32,000 bases of DNA from Gemmata obscuriglobus (GCF_008065095.1 NZ_CP042911.1:1530001-1562000), one strand, 5' to 3'. Shown: positions 16,589-25,282, counted from the stretch's first letter. Notes: generated by a model not told the origin, from the sequence alone. Numbers and translations: made by a program.

Positions 16589-16765
16589 TCAGGTTGCCGC
16601 TTTAACCAGCGCCAAGATGCCGGCCTTAATTGCCTCGGGCAGCTTCGGCCAATTGGCGATGAGTGTGGCAAGTTCGGGGTCCATCGCCTCGTGCGCCGCT
16701 TTCTGCGCCGCCTCGCTTGTGAACTGCTGGTTTTCCGGCAGTTTCTGCGAAGGTTCGATTCCCAT
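16589..16765 (-). CDS. Small hypothetical protein (58 aa), absent from the ORF track (<60 aa)
   Basis: Minus strand: 'MGIEPSQKLPENQQFTSEAAQKAAHEAMDPELATLIANWPKLPEAIKAGILALVKAAT*'. ATG at 16765-16763 and TGA at 16591-16589. GGGAG lies 3 nt upstream of the ATG. Third positions are predominantly G/C and the composition looks protein-like. Confidence 0.45.
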   Translation of the reverse strand: MGIEPSQKLPENQQFTSEAAQKAAHEAMDPELATLIANWPKLPEAIKAGILALVKAAT

Positions 16766-17050
16766 CCGCTCCCGCTGAAATCATGTCGCGTCCCCTGGTT
16801 CGCCTTCGAGCGCGGGGAAGGGCGGGGGGCCGGCTCCGTTCGGCACACCCCGCACATTCCGATCGCATTCCCCTCAAAACGCACTTCCGGCAGTTTTCCC
16901 GGCCCGCGTGGGGCCGTCGGTCCCGGTTCGCGTCCCACAGCAGCAACCCACGCCCTGACACATCCCCGCCACAACTAGCGACCCGTTCACACGTTGCGGC
17001 GCATTCGCTCATCGAAGCCGACAACCCGTCTGCGTTCACCGGGAGCGTTC

Positions 17051-17110
17051 TCCGGGTTTTGCGGGCACAATTCGGTGGTAGCGGCGACCAGCGAGCGGGT
17101 AGCGAATCGG
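17051..17110. repeat. Dispersed repeat, copy 1 (homologous to 31950-32000)
   Basis: tccgggttttgcgggcacaattcggtggtagcggcgacc...agcgaatcgg aligns with tgcgggttttgcgggcgcgattcggtggtagcggtgccccagcgaatcgcc at the window end. Weaker similarity extends about 50 nt upstream in both copies. Confidence 0.6.
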
Positions 17111-17319
17111 CAGTCCGAAGCCCCGCGGATGTCCAGTCGTGGCCCCATCGCACTTTTCTCGTGGGTTGTAACCCCCGTTACAGCTCGCACACACGCACGA
17201 TGCGCCCGAATGGGGCGGGGCTGCACGGTGCCCGCGCGGACCGTCCCCCTACTTAACTGATGGCACCGCACGCGATCCGGCGGCGGAAGAGTGTCGGTAG
17301 TGAGGAAGGGGGGCGTGCC

Positions 17320-17511
17320 TTGACTGGAGCGCGGGCCTCTGGCCCGCTTGAGGTATGCGGCTCGGTTCGGCTCCGCGGGAAGTCGAAGCGCACGCCCGGC
17401 GCCTACGTTAAGCGGGCCAGAGGCCCGCGCTCCAGTCAAGGCCACGACTCCGGCGCCGGAGCGCGGGCCTCTGGCCCGCTTGAGGTATGCGGCTCGGTTC
17501 GGCTCCGCGGG
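17320..17511. repeat. Composite repeat: 54-bp perfect direct repeat plus a 30-bp perfect inverted repeat
   Basis: The direct repeat ggagcgcgggcctctggcccgcttgaggtatgcggctcggttcggctccgcggg occurs at 17326-17379 and 17458-17511. The inverted repeat is ttgactggagcgcgggcctctggcccgctt (17320-17349) against aagcgggccagaggcccgcgctccagtcaa (17410-17439). The core gcgggcc-tct-ggcccgc is itself a hairpin. Confidence 0.9.
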
Positions 17512-17900
17512 CCGCTCGGGCAGATGGCCGCGAACTTCGAGACGTTACAGCAGATCGGCGTGCAACTGCTCGCCAGGGTGATTCGCTGGCCCCTGCCTTC
17601 AAGCGAGTTGCGGAAATCGCACAGGGGTTCTTCGAGCGGTTCCAACCGACCGCAGCCGTGTTGCGTGACCGGATCGGCGGGAACCTGTTCTCGGTTGTCG
17701 AGATGAGCGGATCATTTGCGAACCTGCTCCGCACCGGGTTCGAGACGGTTTTGCCGCTGCTGAGCAAGGTCGGGGAGGGCTTCGGAGTTTCGCGGCTCGT
17801 CAAGACAGCGGCCGTATTACCGGGTGCGTGTCGGAGATGCCCTGCGCCATCTTCGCGATCAGTTTCTCGACGATGCCCCGGCTCCCGGGGGGCGGGACCG

Positions 17901-18701
17901 CTACGCGATCAGGCCGCTGACCAGAGCGAGTTTTCGTTCCAACAGTTCAGGTGACGGAATCCAGCGCTGCGGGAGTTGCAATTTCTGCCCCTCGAATCGG
18001 ATGAGCCAGTCGGCTACGGCCGTTGACGACCGAACTCGTTCGGGGACGACGGCCCGAATGACGTAGTCGCCGCTGACGCGGAGCAGACCGCGTTCGTAAG
18101 CGCGGTCATGTGTCCCGCAGAGGCACAAGCCGTTGCGCGGATTCATGCGGAGACGGGCGTCCGTTGCCCAAGGAACAATGTGTGCGGCGACCAGCAGCTC
18201 GGAAACCGGCAGACCGCAGACCGCGCACGCTTCGCCGTAGCCGGTGAGAATGAGTTCTCGGAAGAAGTGTTGGTTCACACGCACACGAACGACTCGTTCT
18301 TTCTCTTTCCCTTCGAGTTGTGCGAGTTCCGGCTCGATCGCCGGCAGCACGGGGCGCGACTCAAGCTCAGCGAGGGCTTTCGCGGCTTCGAAGCTGACCG
18401 TGTCAGGGTCGGTCAGAAACTCGTTCCAAACGGTTCGATCGAGGGTGGCGACCTTTGACAGACCTTTCACACCCCTCTGCTGATGTGTTTCGTCCAGAGA
18501 GGCGAGGTTGCAGCACTTCATCGCGACCGAGGCGGATGTCCGGCCGAGTTTCACTGCCACTGCTGCGATTTCCGGGTTCCGCGCGTGGAGCCGGCCGAAC
18601 GGGAGTCGGCAGTAAAGAGCAAATGCGACAAGGGTTTCGGAGCGCGACCAATTGCGACCGGCCACATGTAGGCCCTTGGTTGTGGTGCGAAGCCCGATCA
18701 C
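17901..18701 (-). CDS. HNH endonuclease (HNH_2 / putative restriction-type), 266 aa
   Basis: 'RVNQHFFRELILTGYGEACAVCGLPVSELLVAAHIVPWATDARLRMNPRNGLCLCGTHDRAYERGLL' matches the HNH_2 pattern (RxxQxxFRxxvlxxYxxxCavcG...L.AaHIxPw...NGlxLcxxHHxxFDxG). The N-terminal ~120 aa are of unknown function. Confidence 0.8.
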   Translation of the reverse strand: MIGLRTTTKGLHVAGRNWSRSETLVAFALYCRLPFGRLHARNPEIAAVAVKLGRTSASVAMKCCNLASLDETHQQRGVKGLSKVATLDRTVWNEFLTDPDTVSFEAAKALAELESRPVLPAIEPELAQLEGKEKERVVRVRVNQHFFRELILTGYGEACAVCGLPVSELLVAAHIVPWATDARLRMNPRNGLCLCGTHDRAYERGLLRVSGDYVIRAVVPERVRSSTAVADWLIRFEGQKLQLPQRWIPSPELLERKLALVSGLIA

Positions 18702-19121
18702 CGAACTGGCGGCTGATTTACTCAGGCAAGATACTCCGAACTGCGCTCGGCGCGGAGGCGCATGGTGGTGTGAGGAAATGGGTGCTCAGCGAATGACGTG
18801 TTCGCGGACGCCCAAAGTCGCGGCGAAGCCCGGCCCGCGCCACACCAGGCGAGCGTATGGCGGGAGCGCCTTGACCGCCGGGTAGGGCACCAGTTCATCA
18901 AGACAGCATCATGCAGTACGTTTCCGACAGCGGCCGGGCCGACTGTCGGACGCGCCGCGCGCGCGGCGTCATGCTGGCCCGGCTCTCGGGGCGGCTGGCG
19001 GCGCGGTCCCACTCGCGGGTGCGGGGGCCGGCGGTGTGGCGGTGGCGACGAACGGCGGCGGAACTCTGGCCGGTCCCAGGTTACCAGGGGTATCATTGCC
19101 TCACCCGAACCACGGTGACCG

Positions 19122-21275
19122 ATGGACGTAAGCGTTTCGTGCCCCGCGTGCCGGTTCTCGGTGTCGGTTCCGGAAGATGACGTTCTAACGGCCAAAATCT
19201 TCTGCCGCCGCTGCCGCCACGTGTTCGGCCCGCTCGGGCCGGACGTGCCGCCGCCGCCCCCAAAGGCACCACCGCCGCGGCCCCGCGCACACCCGAAGAT
19301 CCCGGCTGACGGCGCCCCGACCAAGGCCGCCCCGCCCCCGCGCCGACCGAGCCGGCCCGCCCCTCCGGCGGATGAGCCCGCGGCCGAGAGCCCCGTGCCC
19401 GTGCGCCCGCGCCGCCGGCGCCGGGAGCGGCCCGCGCGCCCGGCCGGTGCCGGCCAGATTCCGGTCGCGGTCCCCGTCCGCCCGCGCCGCAGCGGGCTCC
19501 GGTGGTGGGCCGCCGGGGGCGCCGCGGTCGCACTGGTCGGGCTCCTGGCCGCCGGCGGGGCGGGGTGGTGGCTGCTCAAGCGCGTGAACGGCGCGGGCGG
19601 GTGGACGCGGTACAACCCGCCCGACGCCCCGGAGGTCGGGCTGGAGTTCCCGGCCCCGCCGGCGGACTCCGCCGAGCAGATCGCGACCATCGACCCGCAC
19701 ACCGGGAAGGCCGTCCGGCACGACCCGTTGTGGGTGTTCAAGTGCGAGCTGCTGAACGGCGAGACGTACGCGATGCGGGCGGAAGAGCTGCCCTGGGAGG
19801 AGGTGCGGGCGATCCCGGCGGAGCAACTCCGCCAAGGGCACCTGACGCACGTGCCGAGGCTCTTACGCGGCGCGGACCAGCGCCAGTTTCAGTACCGATC
19901 CGTGCCGACCGCCGGGTACCCGTCGAACGAGTGCTTCGTGCCCGACATCCCCGGGCGGGGGTACGTGTTTCGTATGCTCCTGGTCGACGGCCGGCTGTAC
20001 ACGTTGTTCGTAAGCGGTCCGGGCGTCACCCCGGAGTCGCCCCGGGTGGTGCGCTTCTTCGACTCGTTCCGCCACGCCCGCGTGACGCCCGAGGAGGCGG
20101 CCGAGCCCCCGCCCGACGTGCCGGACCCGGACGCGCTGCGGCTGCTCGCCCGGGTGCCCGCGCACAACGCCGCCGTCTTCGCCCCGCGGCAGAACGCGGT
20201 GCTCCTGTCGACCGGCCCGAACACTCCGGACCAGCCCCGGGTCCACCCGGCGACCCGCGCACCGGTCAAGTGGCTCAGCCTCGCTCCCGAGGGGCTCAGG
20301 ATGACCGCTCCCGCGCACCTCGCGCGGTACCACTACCCGTCCTTCCGCCTGGAAGCGGCGGCCCCGGTTGCGGCTTCGGTCACCGCCGTCGCCGTTGACG
20401 AGACCGGGGAGTGGGTGCGGGGGTGGGGCGACGGGCCGTCAGAGAACGCCCGGCGGGCGGTCGGAGACGTGACGCACCCGGCCCCGGCGCCGCGGTCCGG
20501 CTGGGCGGCGCCGTCGGCGTGGGGGCGGCCGCAGGAGCCGACCCGGTACGACCCGGCCGGGGTGACGTTCGCCTCCGCCGGGCGGAGCCTGTCCGCGGAC
20601 CGGGCGCGGCTGTACTCGATGTCCGGCACCGACCGCACGCTCGATTACGCCAGCGGCCGCGAGTACGACGGCGGGCTGCTCCGGGCGTTCGACTACCCGG
20701 CCCTGACGCCGCGCGGCGAACTGACCGTGCGCGGCGCGCGGGGCGGCGCCGCGGTGGCCCCGGACGCCGCCCGCGTGTACGTGGCGACCGGGCCGGCGGA
20801 GCACCGGCCGGCCCCCCGCGCCGTTGTGGAGGTCGACGCGGACACCCTCCGGGTGCTGCGCGAGGTGCCCATCCGCTCGAACGTCGCCCACGTCGCCGCG
20901 ATCGGCGGCGGCCGGGTGATCGGGTTCGGGTGGGGGTCGGGGCGGGGGAACACGCAGCGGCGGTACGCCCTGGCCGCTCTGATCGACCTGAACGCCGACC
21001 CGCCGCGCGAGCTGCTGATCGACCTGCGGGGGCACCCCAACCGGCACCTGCTGCACGGCGACCGGCTGTACACGCTCGGCAACTGGGAACTGCACTCGTT
21101 CGACGTGTCCGGGGCGGCGTCGGCCCGCATCCGGTTGCTCGGGGCGACCTACTCGGGCGCCACCGAGATGGTCCTCAGCCCGGACGGGAAGTACCTGATC
21201 CTGAACGACGGGTGCGTGTACTGGGTGGGCGGGGCCGGCCCGCTGCCGCCGGTCGATCCGGGCGCGCGGTGGTGA
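19122..21275 (+). CDS. Membrane-anchored protein: N-terminal zinc ribbon, Pro/Arg-rich linker, one TM helix, large extracytoplasmic domain
   Basis: 'CPACRFSVSV...FCRRCRHVF' (MJ0042-type Cys4), a long 'PPPPPKAPPPRPR...' linker and a TM helix 'WWAAGGAAVALVGLLAAGGAGWWLL'. About 540 aa follow, with recurring 'LYTL'-type strands (possibly a beta-propeller). The frame is GC3-rich over 2.1 kb. Confidence 0.75.
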   Translation: MDVSVSCPACRFSVSVPEDDVLTAKIFCRRCRHVFGPLGPDVPPPPPKAPPPRPRAHPKIPADGAPTKAAPPPRRPSRPAPPADEPAAESPVPVRPRRRRRERPARPAGAGQIPVAVPVRPRRSGLRWWAAGGAAVALVGLLAAGGAGWWLLKRVNGAGGWTRYNPPDAPEVGLEFPAPPADSAEQIATIDPHTGKAVRHDPLWVFKCELLNGETYAMRAEELPWEEVRAIPAEQLRQGHLTHVPRLLRGADQRQFQYRSVPTAGYPSNECFVPDIPGRGYVFRMLLVDGRLYTLFVSGPGVTPESPRVVRFFDSFRHARVTPEEAAEPPPDVPDPDALRLLARVPAHNAAVFAPRQNAVLLSTGPNTPDQPRVHPATRAPVKWLSLAPEGLRMTAPAHLARYHYPSFRLEAAAPVAASVTAVAVDETGEWVRGWGDGPSENARRAVGDVTHPAPAPRSGWAAPSAWGRPQEPTRYDPAGVTFASAGRSLSADRARLYSMSGTDRTLDYASGREYDGGLLRAFDYPALTPRGELTVRGARGGAAVAPDAARVYVATGPAEHRPAPRAVVEVDADTLRVLREVPIRSNVAHVAAIGGGRVIGFGWGSGRGNTQRRYALAALIDLNADPPRELLIDLRGHPNRHLLHGDRLYTLGNWELHSFDVSGAASARIRLLGATYSGATEMVLSPDGKYLILNDGCVYWVGGAGPLPPVDPGARW

Positions 21276-21490
21276 CCGCGACAGGCTCTCGCGGTTGCGG
21301 AGCTTCCGCCCGCGCCCGTTGCCGCCGCGCCCATCACCAACCCGAGCACGGTCGCCGCGGCGATGACCTCGGCGGACCGGCGGAACACCACCAGGCGCCG
21401 ACTCCGCCGAACTGATCGGACGCCGCGCCCGGGCCGCGCCTGCATTCGGCCGCGGCCACCCGATTCTGATACACGTACCCGGTGATACTG

Positions 21491-21573
21491 CCGCTTTCTT
21501 GACGAGCCGCGACCGCCAGGGAGCGGGACACGTGATCCCGCTCCCTGGCGGTCGCGGCTCGTCAAGAAAGCGG
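21491..21573. repeat. 38-bp perfect inverted repeat with a 7-nt spacer (very stable hairpin/cruciform)
   Basis: ccgctttcttgacgagccgcgaccgccagggagcggga (21491-21528), spacer cacgtga, then tcccgctccctggcggtcgcggctcgtcaagaaagcgg (21536-21573). It lies 216 nt after the upstream stop and 17 nt before the ATG at 21590. Confidence 0.9.
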
Positions 21574-21640
21574 CACCGCAGGCGGTGCCATGTATGAGAC
21601 GTTTAACGACACTCCGGCGCCCCAAATCGTGAAGGTACCC

Positions 21641-22141
21641 ATGTCGCGCCTCAAAGTGATGGTCGCCGTCATTGGTTTGACATTATTGCAAATGAGCGGC
21701 ATCGCAAAAGCGGGGCCGACCGAGCCGGTTGCCAAGCCGCTGACGGCCGCCCAGCAGGTGCAAGTCCGTCGCTCGGTCTACGACAACGGCCCGACGTACA
21801 CGCGGCCCGATGAGGGGCCGTTTCAGGGCAAACGGACTCTGACACTCCCGCCGGACCTGGTCGCGTGTTACCGGGCCAACCCCGTTGAAACGCTACGATT
21901 GCTCACGGAAATCGTGCGGGGCGGCGCCCCGAAAGATGCGGTCCTGGCCGCGGCCTATGGTGACGCGCTCGCGGGAGACCCGGTGGTGGCGGCGCTGGTC
22001 ACGAGCCTCCCGCACGAGTACATCGATCGGCCCGGCGCGGACGCTCAGCGGTCCGCGCGGCCGCGGCTCATCGAATCGGCAGAGAAACACGTGCGCGAAG
22101 CGGAAAATCGAGAAAAAGACAAGTCAAGCAAGAGGGACTGA
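21641..22141 (+). CDS. Secreted hypothetical protein
   Basis: 'MSRLKVMVAVIGLTLLQMSGIAKAGP' is a signal peptide (AKA-G cleavage-like). The C-terminal tail 'EAENREKDKSSKRD' is charged. An upstream in-frame ATG at 21590 is an alternative start. Confidence 0.6.
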   Translation: MSRLKVMVAVIGLTLLQMSGIAKAGPTEPVAKPLTAAQQVQVRRSVYDNGPTYTRPDEGPFQGKRTLTLPPDLVACYRANPVETLRLLTEIVRGGAPKDAVLAAAYGDALAGDPVVAALVTSLPHEYIDRPGADAQRSARPRLIESAEKHVREAENREKDKSSKRD

Positions 22142-22146
22142 CAGGG

Positions 22147-23293
22147 CTACTCAGAGATTGAAGCCGGGGCGTTAAGTAGGTCCAGGGCGAGGTCGGGTCG
22201 GGCGACCATGGCCCGGGTTGCCGCGGCCACACTGGGGTGTTCGGCGTTCCGCAACAGGTACACGGCGACGTTCCGTAGGGACGCCAACGCGCGTGGGGCG
22301 TGACCGCGCCGCACCCGGCACCGGTCCTCGCCGAGCGTCACGTCGCGGGTGTAATGCAACCCGTTCTCGATACCCCAGTGGCGGCGTGAGTAACCTAACA
22401 GGGCGGCCGCGTCGGCCGCCAAGCGGCTGAGGCTGGTGATCCCGTACACGACCTCCACCGTGGCCTTCCCGTTCGCCTTCCGGCGGCGCTCCAGTCGGAA
22501 CACCTGTCCCAGGCCCGGCCAGTGGCTCAAGTACCCGTTGAGCCACGTCGTGGTGGTGATCGTCCGCCGCTCGACACGCCCGTGTCCCTTGCGGTGGTCG
22601 GTTGCCGTGCTCGCGTCCTCAGCCCACTGTGCCGGAACCGAGGGGGGAAAAGCCGCCGGACTCGGCAGCGAAGGCGGTCTCAATGTCCCGCCGCAGCTCG
22701 GACTGGTTGCCCTTGGCGTAGAGGATGTAATCGCCGCCCTTCTGGACCACCTTCGCGCACACGTCGGCGTGGGTAAACATGGCGTCGGCCGTGACCACGG
22801 TCCCGCCCAGCGAGGGCAGCACGTCCAGCAACCGGAGGGCCGCCTTGTGCTCGTTGGTGGTGGCTTCGACGGTCATCTGGGCGAGCACCGCGGACGCCTG
22901 GGGGGCGTACGCGGCCAGCAGGTGGGTGCCCGGCACGTCCCCGTCCCGGGACCCGCACAACCGCTTGCCGTCCAACGCCAGGTGCTCCCACCCGTCCGGG
23001 TGCCGGTCCTCCAGCCATGCGCCGATGATCCGGTCCAGGTGGTCGGCGTCCAACTTCCGCAGCAACCCGGCAATGGTATTAGCGCACGGCATGTTGCCGT
23101 TCTTGAACCCCAGCGCGTGGCCCAGCCGCTTCTGGCGGAGACGGCCGAACTGGGCGATGGCCGCGGGCGTGGTGTGACCGGCCAGGATCGCCACCAGGCA
23201 CAGGGTCAGCAGACCCACCAGCGGGTACTGGCGACCGTGCCGGCTCCGCGGGTCCGGTAACTCGGCCAACCGCTCAACCAGTGACCCGGGCAT
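22147..23293 (-). mobile_element. ISAs1-family transposase gene split by a single frameshift (IS ends not identified)
   Basis: N-terminal ORF: 'LPDPRSRHGRQYPLVGLLTLCLVAILAG', 'VVTADAMFTHADVCAKVVQKGGDYILYAKGNQSEL'. C-terminal ORF: 'DHRKGHGRVERRTI', 'YGITSL', 'RRHWGIENGLHYTRDVTLGEDRCRV'. The frames join as ...GGFSP|SVPAQW... if the G6 run at 22642-22647 is read as G5. Confidence 0.8.
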
Positions 23294-23635
23294 CGACGAC
23301 TCCCGAATGAGGAGTCGCTCACATACCCAGATGCAGCACCTTGCCCAAGGTCAATCCGTGCGTAGCCCTGGAGGGACTGATTGCAAATTTGCACGATACT
23401 CCGTGAGCGGCTTTGTGCCGCCCTACGGCACGGTCTGCCGTTCCGTCACGACCGATCTCCATACCCGTCGTGTGTATCGTCTTCCGGCACTCGTTTTCAC
23501 CCCGGCTCATCGAACCGGTCAAAACGGTTTTCACGACCGCTCATTGTCGGAATGGTCAGGTCTTTCGGGCCGGTAGCGGAACGGGAGGATGGTCCCGGCT
23601 TCGTTTCGGCCCGTTGGCACTGTGCTTATGGAAAC

Positions 23636-23710
23636 AGATTTTGACAGGATCGACAGGATTTACGGATGAAGACCGATCGATTTGAAACCCTGTTGATCCT
23701 GTCAAAATCT
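23636..23710. repeat. 22-bp inverted repeat (21 of 22 positions pair), REP/MITE-like palindrome in non-coding DNA
   Basis: agattttgacaggatcgacagg (23636-23657) against cctgttgatcctgtcaaaatct (23689-23710). It produces 'ILTGSTGF' in track ORFs on both strands. Confidence 0.8.
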
Positions 23711-24126
23711 TCATCGCCCAGCCATCGCGCGTTGGTGCGACCCGTCGTAGCCTCGGCGGCCGCAACGCCATGCCGAGCCGAGGGCATTCTGCCCACAGCG
23801 TGTCTGTTCCGGGCACCGCTCTCGGCACATCAGAAGTCGGTGGCGATCTCACCGGCGGGCGTGACGGCGGCCCAGAGCGCCACCCGTTCGGCGGGCGGTG
23901 CGATCGGAGGGGCGGGTTGCTCCCGGCGCGGGCACACGGAAACGCTCCCGGGTCGCCGTGCCATCAGCCGGGGGAAACGATCGGCTCAGTCGGCGCGGGG
24001 GCAAGCGTCCGGCGCAATGGTGGATGTGCCGCGGAGAGAAAGAAGGTGGGGAACTGGATGTGTCGATCGAACGGCCGACCGCGATTCCGGACGAGGCGCG
24101 GCCCCTGGGGGCGGCACGCCCGCCGC

Positions 24127-24807
24127 TCACGCGCCGCTGACCTGTTCCATGATCCAGCGGTTGGCGTCGGCGAGCATGTCGGGGTGAGCGCCGTGGGTGG
24201 TCGGGTAGGGGGTCACGCGGACGGTGGCGCCCGCCCGGGCCAGCGCCGCGGCGGCGCGCCGGGCCTCCGAGACGGGTACGACCGGGTTCGCGGCGCCGTG
24301 CCCGATCAGCACGCGCAAGTTGTTCGCAGGGATGCGTCCGCTCGGGAGAGCGCCGTTCAGCGCCACCACCCCCGCGACCCGGGGGCCGAGGTGCAGCCCG
24401 AGCCGGCACGCCGCCGCCGCGCCCTCGCCGACGCCCAACAGGAACACGCGGTCCGCGTTCACACTGTAGTGGGCCTTCGTGTGCGCCAGGGCCGCTTTGG
24501 TGGCGCGGTCGGCGTTACAACCGGACCAACCGAACGCCGGCAGGCCGTCGGCCCGGCCACCGAGATTGATCGGGCCGCGCAGGCACAGAACAATGTAGTT
24601 GCGCCGACTGAGCAGCGGGACCAGACGCGCCGAGTGCTCCTCGCACTCGCCGTCCGCGTGGAACAGCACCACCAGCGGGTACGCGTACTTCGGCTGGTAG
24701 TCCACGGGCAGGTACACGCGCACCGGCCGGTTCCCCGCGGCCGGGAGCAAGGCGGAGCGAAACCCTTCGGCCGGGTGCTCGGCGCGGTTGTGTTTGGGAG
24801 CCGGCAT
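24127..24807 (-). CDS. Alpha/beta hydrolase, phospholipase/carboxylesterase (dienelactone hydrolase-like) family; nucleophile elbow appears degenerate
   Basis: 'YPLVVLFHADGECEEH', 'VFLLGVGEGAAAA' (at the GxSxG position) and 'VLIGHGAANPVVPVSEARRAA..L..AGATVRV..YP.THG' give the typical order of this fold. ATG at 24807 ('MPAPKHN'). The track ORF extends to 25134, but that extension looks off-composition. Confidence 0.65.
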   Translation of the reverse strand: MPAPKHNRAEHPAEGFRSALLPAAGNRPVRVYLPVDYQPKYAYPLVVLFHADGECEEHSARLVPLLSRRNYIVLCLRGPINLGGRADGLPAFGWSGCNADRATKAALAHTKAHYSVNADRVFLLGVGEGAAAACRLGLHLGPRVAGVVALNGALPSGRIPANNLRVLIGHGAANPVVPVSEARRAAAALARAGATVRVTPYPTTHGAHPDMLADANRWIMEQVSGA

Positions 24808-25282
24808 GGTCAACCCGATGGTCCGGTTAGTGGCCCCTCTGGCGCCCGTTCCGTGAGCGCCGCGAGTCCGAGGGGGCCTGAGCGAGTGGCCCGTGAGCCA
24901 GGTCGCGACAACTCTACGTTGGGCGCGGAGCACATTCAAGAAACCCGCGCTGCGGAGTTGAGTCAAAATCGCGCGTTTTCCCAGTTCGTCGCACGGTTCC
25001 TCCGGCTGCGCTGTATGCAGTGGAATAGGAAATCTGGGTCGGGTCAACAGGCCCGTCAATGTGAGTAAGAAATTCTGTCTCGAACGGTCCCGCAATGCGC
25101 GGCGCATCCGCGCCAAGCGCATCCGATGGCGCATCCGCGCAGCGCGTCATAACCGTGCGCCGCGCCGGATTCAACAGGGAATTACCGTGGCGGCATCAAC
25201 ACGATTGCGACAGCGATCGCGCGATTCTGTGCCCGCGATCCTGTTAAATCCGGCCGAGCGTGTCAGAGCGGTTGCGCCGGGG

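Noticed and set aside
16752-16762. GGTTCGATTCC, the classic tRNA T-arm/T-loop string.
   Set aside because: The flanking bases (gaagg / cccat) cannot form a T-stem and no acceptor or anticodon arms can be drawn. The string lies inside the start of the 58-aa minus-strand ORF.
17320-17511. A CRISPR array.
   Set aside because: There are only two direct copies, of 54 bp, with an inverted partial copy between them. There is no regular repeat-spacer periodicity and no cas genes in the window.
17791-17903. A possible C-terminal extension of the HNH gene ('...PPGSRGIVEKLIAKMAQGISDTHPVIRPLS*') in the -1 frame after its TAG.
   Set aside because: It needs yet another hypothetical frameshift. HNH_2 proteins of about 260 aa are complete without it, so it is kept only as a note.
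21149-21625. The minus-strand 158-aa ORF spanning the 38-bp palindrome and the 3' end of the 717-aa gene.
   Set aside because: It overlaps a well-supported gene and reads through both palindrome arms. Its composition is Arg/Gly-rich shadow-like, apart from one short hydrophobic stretch.
23849-24126. A short minus-strand ORF tail '...PIAPPAERVALWAAVTPAGEIATDF*' (stop near 23833-23835), as a small gene or gene remnant.
   Set aside because: Only about 25 codons look protein-like. There is no convincing start and no recognisable family.
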